This document shows positions 9,354 through 17,040 of a DNA stretch of 64,000 nucleotides, one piece after another. The notes beneath the pieces are model-generated. The model saw nothing but the letters and a program-made list of their open reading frames with translations. It was not told the origin of the DNA and searched no databases. Where the stretch lies: contig JBJOLT010000032.1 of NCBI GenBank assembly GCA_046045415.1, positions 4,578-68,577 of the forward strand. The letters run 5' to 3'. Origin of the DNA: Chloroflexota bacterium (GTDB lineage Bacteria; Chloroflexota; Limnocylindria; Limnocylindrales; CSP1-4). The translations under genes and the position numbers were made by a program. Within the stretch, counting starts at the first letter, position 1. Each line of letters begins with the position of its first letter.

Positions 9354-10546
9354 TCGCGGCCCCCCGGCCCCCGGTGCTCGCGGGGCGGCGCGGGCGGGAT
9401 CGGCGCCGTGTGATGCTCGGGCATCGCCCCGCTCGCCGCGAGCCGGCGGATCACGAACCCGTAGTAGGCGTCGACCCGCTCGGTCACCTGCTCCCAGCTG
9501 AACGCCTCGGCACGGGCGAGCCCGCTCGCACCCATCCGCTCCCGGAGCGCTGGGTCGCCGAGGAGGCTCATCGTCGCCGCCGCGATCGCCTTCGCGTCGC
9601 CCGGCGGTACGAGGAGCCCCTGCTCGCCCCGCTTCACGACCCCCTTGTAGCCGTGGATGTCCGACGCGACGATCGGCGTCCCCGCCGCCATCGCCTCGAG
9701 GAGGACGATCCCGAACGACTCGCGTCCCGTGGCGGGCGAGACGTAGACGTCGGCGGTCTTGAAGAGCGCCGCCTTCTCGCGGTCGCTCACCCGGCCGAGG
9801 AACTCGACGCCGCCGAGTCGCCGGGTCGCGACGTAGCGCCGCGCCTCGCGCTCCTGGGGTCCCGAGCCGACGACGAGCAGCCGGCAGTCGCAGTCCGCCT
9901 TCCGCATGATCCGGTAGGCCTTCAGGAGGTGGAGCAGCCCCTTCCGCGGCTCGTGACGCCCGACGAAGAGGACGTTCCGCCGTCCGTCCTGCCAGCGCGC
10001 GACCGGGACCGCGTCCCGATAGCGAGCGACGTCGACCCCGTTCGGGATCACCCGGTAGTCGCCCGGGAAGAAGCGATCGATGAAGTGGCGCGCGGCGGCG
10101 GAGACGGCGATCCGCCCGTGGAGCCGCCGCCCGTAGCCGCCGAGCACGCGGCTCCCGAACTCGTACGACGGCGAGAACCCGGCGTACGCGTGGAAGGTGG
10201 CGACGTTCACGCTCCTCGACTCCCTGAGGAGCACGAGCGAGAGGAAGGGGACGAAGGGCTCGTGGAAGTGAAGGAGGTCGAAGCGCTCTTCGTCGAGCAT
10301 CCGCCGGACCTGTGCGACGTAGCGGGGCGAGAAGGTGATCGTCCCCATCGAGCCGTTCGCCGGGACGCTGAACCCCTTCCCGAGCCGGATGACGTCGCCG
10401 TCCGTCGAGCGCTGGAACCCGTGGCTCGCGGAGATGATCCGGACATCGTGGCCGCGGAGGCGGAGATTCCGGTAGAGGTGCTCGACGTGCTCGTTCACCC
10501 CGCCGGGCGTCGGGTAGATGTACGGCGTGACGAGCCCGATCTTCAT
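9350..10546 (-). CDS. pimA: GT4 glycosyltransferase, PimA-like phosphatidylinositol alpha-mannosyltransferase (start at internal MKIGLV; the 580-aa ORF is over-extended)
   Basis: 'MKIGLVTPYIYPTPGGVNEHVEHL', 'VGRHEPRKG', 'VSPATGRESFGIVLLEAMAAGTPIVASDIHGY' are GT4/PimA-family motifs; PIM-type operon context; ATG overlaps the stop of the upstream PHP gene. Confidence 0.75.
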   Translation of the reverse strand: MKIGLVTPYIYPTPGGVNEHVEHLYRNLRLRGHDVRIISASHGFQRSTDGDVIRLGKGFSVPANGSMGTITFSPRYVAQVRRMLDEERFDLLHFHEPFVPFLSLVLLRESRSVNVATFHAYAGFSPSYEFGSRVLGGYGRRLHGRIAVSAAARHFIDRFFPGDYRVIPNGVDVARYRDAVPVARWQDGRRNVLFVGRHEPRKGLLHLLKAYRIMRKADCDCRLLVVGSGPQEREARRYVATRRLGGVEFLGRVSDREKAALFKTADVYVSPATGRESFGIVLLEAMAAGTPIVASDIHGYKGVVKRGEQGLLVPPGDAKAIAAATMSLLGDPALRERMGASGLARAEAFSWEQVTERVDAYYGFVIRRLAASGAMPEHHTAPIPPAPPREHRGPGGRD

Positions 10547-11376
10547 CGTGCGCCCCCGCCGGCCCCGCCACCGTCGCGGGTGAGGGCCTCGAGGTCGAGG
10601 CGGGCGGGTCGCCGCCGTCCCCCGGGGTAGCCGAGGTCGCGCCCCGTGCCGTCCCGGCGGATCGCGCCGCGGATCCCGTCGCGCGCGTCCCGGCCGTACT
10701 TGCGGAGCTGGCGGCCGAAGGTCCCGATCTGGCCCGCCCCATGGAAGGCGCCGTGCGCGTGGGTACGCCGCTCGAGGATCGCCCGGCGAAGCTCGTCGGC
10801 GCTCCTGCCCGGGAAGGTCGTCCAGCAGCTCCCGATCGCCTCGAGCGTGTGCGCGTCGCTGTTCCCGATCGCCGCGAGCCCGTGCTCCGCGGCGAACCGC
10901 ACGACCCTGCCGTGGAGCGGCCGCCCGAGCGCCGTCGGGTTGAAGGTCTCCAGTCCGTCCGGGTGGACGCGAGGATCCGGATCCCGGAGGAGTCGCTCCA
11001 GCGCCGGGGCCTGAGCGCAGAGCGGGTACGGGACGAGGGGGTGGGCCGGGATCGCGAGGCCACCCTGATCGTGGACCGCGGCGATCGTCCATCGGAGGGA
11101 GCGGAGCGACGGGATCCGCTCCTCGACGAAGAGCGCGAGGAGGTGGCCCCCGAGGGTCGTCACCTCCTCCCCGACGACCACCTCGACCCGGTGGCGCCGC
11201 TCCCTCGCGATCTCGCGCGCGGCGAGCGCCGCATCGATCCGCTCGTGGTCGGTGATCGCGACGACGTCGAGGACCCCCGCCCGCTCGATGTGCTCGAGGA
11301 TCTCGACGACCCCGGCGGTCCCGTCGGAAGCGAGCGTGTGGATGTGGAGGTCGGCGCGGCCGAGCCGGTCGGTCAT
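10543..11376 (-). CDS. PHP-domain metal-dependent phosphoesterase
   Basis: 'ADLHIHTLASDGT...VAITDHE' His-rich PHP signature; start at MTDRLGRADLHIHT overlapping (ATGA) the stop of the acyltransferase gene. Confidence 0.7.
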   Translation of the reverse strand: MTDRLGRADLHIHTLASDGTAGVVEILEHIERAGVLDVVAITDHERIDAALAAREIARERRHRVEVVVGEEVTTLGGHLLALFVEERIPSLRSLRWTIAAVHDQGGLAIPAHPLVPYPLCAQAPALERLLRDPDPRVHPDGLETFNPTALGRPLHGRVVRFAAEHGLAAIGNSDAHTLEAIGSCWTTFPGRSADELRRAILERRTHAHGAFHGAGQIGTFGRQLRKYGRDARDGIRGAIRRDGTGRDLGYPGGRRRPARLDLEALTRDGGGAGGGAR

Positions 11377-12317
11377 CGGTCCGGCACCGCGAGGTCGCGC
11401 CAGATCGGGAAGAAGAGCGACCACCACTGCTCCGGCGCCGTCGCGATCAGCCGCTCGTAGCCGGCCGCCTGGGCGGCAAGGAAGGCGACGACCCGCTCCC
11501 GCAGCTTCCCGGCCGCCGGCGGCTCGACGCGGATCAGCTCGCCCTCGTAGCGGCCGCCCCCGGTCCGGCGGGCGCCCATGACGTACGCGGGCGCCCCGCT
11601 CTCGATCGCGGCGAGCGCCCCGCCGATCGGGAGCGGCGCCGGATGGCCGAAGAACGGGACCTCGACACCGCCGCCGGTCACGTCGCGGTCGGCGACGAGG
11701 CCGGCGATCTCGCCGCGTCCGAGCGCCTCCTCCAGTTCCCGCTTCGCCAGCGCGATCGGGACGATCCGGAGGCCGACGAAGCCGCGCGTCCGCTCGAACC
11801 AGCGCTGGAGGACCGGGTCGGCGAGCGTCTCCATCGGGCAGACGGCCGGACGGCCGAGCCGGCTCGAGAGGTAGATCGCGGGGATCTCGAGCCCGCCGTA
11901 GTGGATCCCCACGAGGATGAGCGCGCCGCCCCGCTCGAACGGCGAGTCACCGGGCTCCGTCGCGAACTCGACGAGCCGCCTCACCCGCTCCGGGGTGAAC
12001 GACGGGGCGCGGAGGACTTCGAGGTAGTAGCGGGCATGGTGCCGGGACGCGGAGCGAAGGAGCGCCTCGAGCGCACGCGGGTCGCTCGCCGCGCGCCGTG
12101 CCGCGTCCGTGCCGCGACCGGTCGCCGCGAGCGACTCGCAGACGCGGCGGAGGTTCCGACGCCCCTGCTCCGCCCGGCGCGGGTCGGCCCGGAGCCAGAG
12201 GTCCCCCGCGAGCTCGGCGAGCGCGACGAGCGGGCGCTCGGGGAGGCGGCAGGCGAGCGCCGACGCCGCGTCGATCGCGAGGCCGCGGAGGCGCTGGCCG
12301 GGTGTGAGGCGGGTCAT
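11373..12317 (-). CDS. lipid acyltransferase of the HtrB/LpxL-LPLAT family (PatA-like PIM acyltransferase), copy 2
   Basis: 314 aa from MTRLTPGQ; conserved 'LILVGIHYGGLEIP', 'PFFGHPAPLPIGGALAAIESGAPAYV', 'EQWWSLFFPIW' blocks typical of lauroyl/myristoyl-type acyltransferases; ATGA overlap with upstream gene. Confidence 0.7.
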   Translation of the reverse strand: MTRLTPGQRLRGLAIDAASALACRLPERPLVALAELAGDLWLRADPRRAEQGRRNLRRVCESLAATGRGTDAARRAASDPRALEALLRSASRHHARYYLEVLRAPSFTPERVRRLVEFATEPGDSPFERGGALILVGIHYGGLEIPAIYLSSRLGRPAVCPMETLADPVLQRWFERTRGFVGLRIVPIALAKRELEEALGRGEIAGLVADRDVTGGGVEVPFFGHPAPLPIGGALAAIESGAPAYVMGARRTGGGRYEGELIRVEPPAAGKLRERVVAFLAAQAAGYERLIATAPEQWWSLFFPIWRDLAVPDR

Positions 12318-13342
12318 CGACCGGGCGCCTGCCCGGCGAGGGTGGCGTCGGCCTCCGGAGCGGCCCGCTCGCCGCTCCCCGGCGGGCGGGCGAGCGCCGC
12401 CTCGAGCCGGTCGCGCTCCGCCGGGTCGCTCGGCCAGATCGGCTTGAAGCTGTACCACTGCTCGGGGGCGGCGGCGATCGTCCGCTCGAGCGCGTCGGCG
12501 ATCCGCTGGGTCGCCGACGCGAGATCGGCCGGGTCGGTCGAGGCGCACTCGATCGGCTCGTCGTGGGTGACGTAGAAGGTGCCGTCCGGGTGCCGGCGCG
12601 AGGTGAACGGCAGGATCGTCGCGCCGGTCTTCGCCGCGAGGTAGGCGGGGCCGGCCGGCAGCATCGTCGGTGCGCCGAAGATCCGGACCGGGATCCCGTC
12701 CGGCTTGTAGCCCCAGTCGACGAGGAGGCCGAGGATCTCGCCGCGCTTCAGGACGGCGAAGACGTCGCGGAGGTTCCGCCACGGGATCAGCTCCACTCCC
12801 CAGGAGCGGCGGACCGCCCGCAGGTGCTCGAACAGCTCGGGGAAGGTCGAGTCGTCGGCGACGACGGAGATCGGCCACCCGTGGCGCGCGATCCCGGCGG
12901 CGATCGCCTCGTTGTTCCCGACGTGCTGGCCGACGAGGACCAGGCCCTTCGAGCGCTTCCGGATCGCCTCGAACGTCTCGAGCCCGGCGAGATCCACCTG
13001 CGCGGCGGCGCGCTCGGGCGGCATGCTCGTCTGGCGGAGGAGCTCGACGATGTAGCGCGCATAGTTCCGGTAGGCCGCGAGCGCGAGCCGCCGGACCCGC
13101 GGGTCGTCCACCGTCGTCCCGAGGACGTGGGCGAAGTTCGCATCGACGAAGCGCCGCTTCTCCGGCCAGAGGAGATAGCCGGCCCTCGTGACGACCCCGC
13201 CGACGGTCCATGCCGGCCGCGGCGGGATCCTCGCGGCGAGCCACTCCGCCGTCCGGTAGAGCCGGAGCGCGGCCCGCTCCACGACCCGCGGTGCGCCGCG
13301 GCGCCGCCGATGCGGCGCCTCGCGCCCGCCGCTCGCCGTCAC
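12314..13342 (-). CDS. lipid acyltransferase of the HtrB/LpxL-LPLAT family (PatA-like), copy 1; deduced GTG start overlapping pgsA-like stop
   Basis: Same family blocks as copy 2 ('LVLVGQHVGNNEAIAAG', 'IFGAPTMLPAGPAYLAAKTGATILPF', 'EQWYSFKPIW'); the upstream part of the 497-aa ORF is Arg-rich shadow sequence. Confidence 0.6.
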   Translation of the reverse strand: MTASGGREAPHRRRRGAPRVVERAALRLYRTAEWLAARIPPRPAWTVGGVVTRAGYLLWPEKRRFVDANFAHVLGTTVDDPRVRRLALAAYRNYARYIVELLRQTSMPPERAAAQVDLAGLETFEAIRKRSKGLVLVGQHVGNNEAIAAGIARHGWPISVVADDSTFPELFEHLRAVRRSWGVELIPWRNLRDVFAVLKRGEILGLLVDWGYKPDGIPVRIFGAPTMLPAGPAYLAAKTGATILPFTSRRHPDGTFYVTHDEPIECASTDPADLASATQRIADALERTIAAAPEQWYSFKPIWPSDPAERDRLEAALARPPGSGERAAPEADATLAGQAPGR

Positions 13343-13971
13343 CGGCCCGGTGCCCCGAGCGAGGCGATCGTCCGCTGCACGGCGGTGATCGTCGCGAGGA
13401 GGGCGATCGCCCCGAGCGAGACCTCGAGCGCCGGGGCCGGATCGTCGGCGAGCCCGGCCGCGACGAGGCCCGCGAAGAGGATCGCGATCCTGATCTCCCG
13501 CGGGGCGAGGCCGACGTTCGCGATGCCGCTCCCGGTGGAGAGGCCGAGCCCCTCGGCCCGGGCGCGCGTGTAGCTGACCATGAAGGCGGCCGCCATCGCC
13601 GCGCCCGCGAGGAGGACGGCACGGTCCTCGCCGGCGGCGAGCGCCCCCGCGAGGATCCCGACGAAGACGAGCGCCTCGCCGGCCCGGTCGCTCACCGAGT
13701 CGAGGAACGCGCCCGCGGGCCCCGCCTTCCCGGTCGCACGGGCGAGCGCACCGTCGAAGAGGTCGAAGACGGCCCCGCCGAGGACGAGGCACCCGGCCGC
13801 GACCCACGCGCCGGATGCGGCGACGACGGCGGCGACGATCGCGATCGCGAGCCCGATGACGGTCAGGGCGTTCGGCGTGAGGCCGAGCCTCCCGAGCGCG
13901 AGCGCCACCGGCGTCCCGAGCTCGCGGACGCGGGCCCGCTGCTCCGGGGTGAGGAGGCTTCCCCGGTTCAT
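13339..13971 (-). CDS. CDP-alcohol phosphatidyltransferase (phosphatidylinositol(-phosphate) synthase PgsA1-like)
   Basis: 210 aa from MNRGSLLTPEQ; hallmark 'GGAVFDLFDGALAR ... GAFLDSVSDR' (D-G-x2-A-R...G-x3-D-x3-D) with 5-6 TM helices; start overlaps (ATGA) the ArsR gene stop. Confidence 0.75.
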   Translation of the reverse strand: MNRGSLLTPEQRARVRELGTPVALALGRLGLTPNALTVIGLAIAIVAAVVAASGAWVAAGCLVLGGAVFDLFDGALARATGKAGPAGAFLDSVSDRAGEALVFVGILAGALAAGEDRAVLLAGAAMAAAFMVSYTRARAEGLGLSTGSGIANVGLAPREIRIAILFAGLVAAGLADDPAPALEVSLGAIALLATITAVQRTIASLGAPGR

Positions 13972-14312
13972 CGCACAGCCCCGTCGGCGAGGCCGAGGAT
14001 CGCCCGTTCGCGATCGGCCATCTCCGCGAAGACCTCCGGCCGGATGCTGCAGACCGTCTCGCGGCCCGTCCGCCGCGTCGCGACGACCCCGGCGATCCGG
14101 AGCCGGCGGACGTGCCAGCTGACGAGCGGCTGCGACCGACCGACGTGGGCGATCAGCTCGGTGACCGTCGCGGGGCCGGCGGCGAGCCGTCGGAGGATCC
14201 GGAGGCGGGTCACGTCGGCGAGGGCGCGATGGAAGCGATGGAGCGTGAGGAGCGGGTCCGCGCCGTCCGTCACCGGCGAGAAGCCGGGGCGGACACCGGC
14301 GGGGGAGGTCAC
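13968..14312 (-). CDS. ArsR/SmtB-family winged-helix transcriptional regulator (no metal-site cysteines in helix alpha3)
   Basis: 'LADVTRLRILRRLAAGPATVTELIAHVGRSQPLVSWHVRRLRIAGVV' HTH pattern of ArsR family; first gene of the PIM-type operon. Confidence 0.75.
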   Translation of the reverse strand: MTSPAGVRPGFSPVTDGADPLLTLHRFHRALADVTRLRILRRLAAGPATVTELIAHVGRSQPLVSWHVRRLRIAGVVATRRTGRETVCSIRPEVFAEMADRERAILGLADGAVR

Positions 14313-14386
14313 GTTCCGTCTCCTCTCCGTGGTCGGCGGCCGGCCGCATCCGGGCCCGACCCGGGTCGCCGCGTCGCCGTCATATA

Positions 14387-14396
14387 AACGCGCGTT
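14387..14396. promoter_or_regulatory. perfect 10-bp palindrome AACGCGCGTT inside an AT-richer patch (catataAACGCGCGTTgattctatc) in the divergent ArsR/MFS intergenic region; candidate operator
   Basis: Read directly; only AT-rich island in this spacer, 20-60 nt upstream of both divergent genes. Confidence 0.4.
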
Positions 14397-14420
14397 GATT
14401 CTATCGGGCCGCCCGCGGGG

Positions 14421-14443
14421 GTGTCGAACCGTACACTCGACAC
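14421..14443. promoter_or_regulatory. inverted repeat GTGTCGA-N9-TCGACAC abutting the MFS start codon; candidate operator
   Basis: Read directly from sequence (gtgtcgaaccgtacactcgacac then gtg start at 14444). Confidence 0.35.
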
Positions 14444-16024
14444 GTGCAGCGCGGCGACCGCCTCGTCCTCCTCGCCGTCGTCGGCGTCTCGGTCCTCCTC
14501 GCGGGGCTCGAGCTGATGATCACCGCCGTCGCCCTGCCGGCGATCCTCGCGGACCTCGCCTCGTGGACCGAGCTCCGGCTCGCCTCGTGGATCGTCAACG
14601 GCTACCTGATCGTCTCGATCGTCGCGATGCCGATCGCGGGCCGGCTCGTCGACCTCCTCGGGGCACGGCCGCTCCTCCTCGGCGCCCTCGCGCTCTTCGT
14701 CGGCGGCTCGCTCCTCTCCGGTGCGGCGCCGTCGCTCGAGCTCCTCATCGCCGGCCGCCTCGTCCAGGGGGCGGGCGGCGGTGCGCTCATCCCCGTCGCG
14801 ACCGCCGCGGCCGCGGAGCTCTTCGACGGCCGGGCCCGGGCCCGGGCGATCGGTCTCGTCGGCGCGCTCACCTTCGTCGGGATGGCGGTGGGGCCGCTCG
14901 CGGGCGCATGGATCCTCGAGCGGGTCGACCCGGCCGGGCTCCTCTCCGCGCTCGGACGCCCCGGGGGTCTCGCGGAGTCGCTCCTCGCCCCGGCCTGGCG
15001 ATGGGTCTTCTACGTGAACGCTCCGATCGGGATCGCGGCGCTCGCCCTCGGCTGGGCGGCGAGCGCCGGCTGGGCGACACCCCGCCGGAGCGGCTCGCTC
15101 GACGCCGTCGGGTCGCTCCTCGTCGCCGGCAGCCTCGCGACACTCCTCGCCGGGGTGACGCTCGCCGACGGGACGGTGGGGAGCCGCCTCCTCGACCCGG
15201 GCCATCCGCCGACGCTCCTCGTCGCGACCGGGCTCGTCCTCGGCCTCGCCGCGGTCCGCCACGCGCTCCGCTCGCCGGATCCGTTCCTCGATCTCCGGAT
15301 CCTCCGCCGGCCGGTCGTCGCCGCGGCGGGGCTCGTCGCCCTCCTCACCGGGTATGCCCTCGCGACCGCGCTCGTCGGGGGCGCGGTCTTCGTCGACCGG
15401 GTCCGCTACGCGGGCCCGGAGACGCAGCAGCTCGTCCTCGGCGCGCTCGGCGGAGCGGCGGCCGTCGCCGCGCTGTCCGCGGGGTTCCTGCTGGACCGGC
15501 TGCCGGCAGGGCCGGTCACGGCGGCGGGCGTCGTCGCGGCCGCGGCCGCCCTCGCGGCGATGGCGGGGTGGGGACCGGCGACCGGGACCGAGACGCTCGC
15601 GGCGGCGATGGCGCTCTTCGGGGCCGGGTTCGGCCTCACGCTCACCTCCCGGTCGGCCGCGGCGATCGAGGCGGCGGGGAGCGGCGCCCGGGGGCTCGCG
15701 AGCGCGACGGTCACCGTCGCTCGGATGGCCGGGATGGCGCTCGGGCTCGCCGTCCTCACCGCGTACGGCTCCACGACGATCGAGCGGCTGAGCGCCGACG
15801 TCTTCGCGACGCCGGAGGCGTACGTGGCCTACCTCCCCGCCGAGCTCCGCGACCGGCCGCTCGAGGACCCGCTCGTGGTGGAGGCGCTCGAGGACTGGGC
15901 CGCCCGCGAGGCCGCCACGGTCCTCGCCGACTGCTTCGCGGTCGGTGCCTTCGTCACGGCGATCGCGATCCTTCCGGCGGTCGCGCTGGGACGACGGCGG
16001 ACTATGCTGGGTGACGATGGCTGA
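14444..16024 (+). CDS. MFS transporter, 14-TMS drug:H+ antiporter (EmrB/QacA-like)
   Basis: 526 aa, repeated TM helices, MFS motif A-like 'GRLVDLLGARPLL', C-terminal extra TM pair. Confidence 0.8.
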   Translation: MQRGDRLVLLAVVGVSVLLAGLELMITAVALPAILADLASWTELRLASWIVNGYLIVSIVAMPIAGRLVDLLGARPLLLGALALFVGGSLLSGAAPSLELLIAGRLVQGAGGGALIPVATAAAAELFDGRARARAIGLVGALTFVGMAVGPLAGAWILERVDPAGLLSALGRPGGLAESLLAPAWRWVFYVNAPIGIAALALGWAASAGWATPRRSGSLDAVGSLLVAGSLATLLAGVTLADGTVGSRLLDPGHPPTLLVATGLVLGLAAVRHALRSPDPFLDLRILRRPVVAAAGLVALLTGYALATALVGGAVFVDRVRYAGPETQQLVLGALGGAAAVAALSAGFLLDRLPAGPVTAAGVVAAAAALAAMAGWGPATGTETLAAAMALFGAGFGLTLTSRSAAAIEAAGSGARGLASATVTVARMAGMALGLAVLTAYGSTTIERLSADVFATPEAYVAYLPAELRDRPLEDPLVVEALEDWAAREAATVLADCFAVGAFVTAIAILPAVALGRRRTMLGDDG

Positions 16025-17021
16025 CGCGGGGGCGGATCCGATCGAGCGCGGCGCCGGGCCGGGGCGCGTCCGGATCGCCTCGATCCGCGCCGGGGTCTAC
16101 GCGGAGCACGAGGGGCTCGACGAGCTCCCGGCCCTTCTCGCCGAACCGGAGCGGGCGCTCTGGATCGACCTCGCCTCCGCCGACCACGACCAGGTGACGG
16201 CGGTCACCGAGGCGCTCCGGCTCCACCCGCTCGTCGCGGAGGACATCCTCGAAGGGAACCAGCGCTCGAAGATCGAGCTGACCGACGAGCACATCCACAT
16301 CGTCCTCTTCATCCTCCACTACGGGGAGTCGATGACGGCCTCCGAGGTCGACATCGTCGTCGGGAAGGGGTTCCTCCTCACCGTCCACGGCTCGACGTGG
16401 GACCCGTGGGGGACGCAGCACCTCCGCGAGGGTGTCGAGCCCGTCCTCCGCCGCGGTCCGGACCACCTCCTCTGGGCGATCGTCGACGCGATCGTCGACG
16501 ACTACTTCCCGTTCATCGACCGGGTCTTCGACGCGATCGACGCGGTGGAGGACGTCGTCGTCACCCGGACGTCGCCCGAGGCGCTCCAGCGGATCTTCTC
16601 GCTGAAGCGCGACCTGATCACCGTTCGGCGGGCGGTCGCGCCGGTGCGCGAGATCTTCAACCAGCTGACGAACCGCGACCTCGCGCTCATCGACGAGGAG
16701 GAGATCGTCTACTTCCGCGACGTCTACGACCACCTCATCCGTCTCTCCGACGAGATCGACAGCCTCCGGGAGCTCGTGAGCGGCACGCTCGAGGTCTACC
16801 TCTCGACCGTGAACAACAACCTCTCGGTCATCATGAAGCGGCTCACCGGGATCACCGTGATCCTCGCCGGGGTCGGCGCGATCGGCGGCCTCTTCGGGAT
16901 GAGCGAGGCGGGGACGGTGCTGAGCGGCGCCGAGGCGGGCGGCTTCTGGGCGATCGTGATCCTCACGATCGTCACCGCGGGCGGCGTCGCGATGTGGCTC
17001 CGCCGGATCGACTGGATCTAG
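16017..17021 (+). CDS. corA: CorA-family divalent cation (Mg2+/Co2+) transporter; signature reads GMS instead of GMN
   Basis: Soluble N-terminal domain plus two C-terminal TM helices 'MKRLTGITVILAGVGAIGGLFGMSEAG...WAIVILTIVTAGGVAMWL'; start MADAG overlaps MFS stop by 8 nt. Confidence 0.8.
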   Translation: MADAGADPIERGAGPGRVRIASIRAGVYAEHEGLDELPALLAEPERALWIDLASADHDQVTAVTEALRLHPLVAEDILEGNQRSKIELTDEHIHIVLFILHYGESMTASEVDIVVGKGFLLTVHGSTWDPWGTQHLREGVEPVLRRGPDHLLWAIVDAIVDDYFPFIDRVFDAIDAVEDVVVTRTSPEALQRIFSLKRDLITVRRAVAPVREIFNQLTNRDLALIDEEEIVYFRDVYDHLIRLSDEIDSLRELVSGTLEVYLSTVNNNLSVIMKRLTGITVILAGVGAIGGLFGMSEAGTVLSGAEAGGFWAIVILTIVTAGGVAMWLRRIDWI

Positions 17022-17040
17022 CCGTCCGGCGGCGGCCCGC

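Noticed and set aside
4266-11063. 2265-aa minus-strand ORF and the 2039-aa plus-strand ORF 4511-10630
   Set aside because: Both are antisense or off-frame to genes with clear family signatures (GT-C, PimA). Their products are Arg/Gly/Asp/Glu/Pro low-complexity strings with no motifs. Long stop-free frames are expected by chance at this G+C.
10543-12317. Apparent 1-nt disagreements between my base counting and ORF-track ends (at 10543, 12314 and 29068)
   Set aside because: These are most likely counting slips on my side. I kept the ORF-track coordinates and derived internal starts by codon counting from those ends. Motif coordinates quoted from direct reading may therefore be off by 1 nt.
13210-16014. 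934-aa ORF 13210-16014 and other large Arg-rich ORFs, such as 19773-21707, 21454-24165, 24365-29824, 41608-45357 and 50954-53296
   Set aside because: They are alternative-frame or antisense shadows of the MFS, nuo, clpB and kimA genes. They have extreme Arg/Asp/Glu/Pro composition and no motifs.
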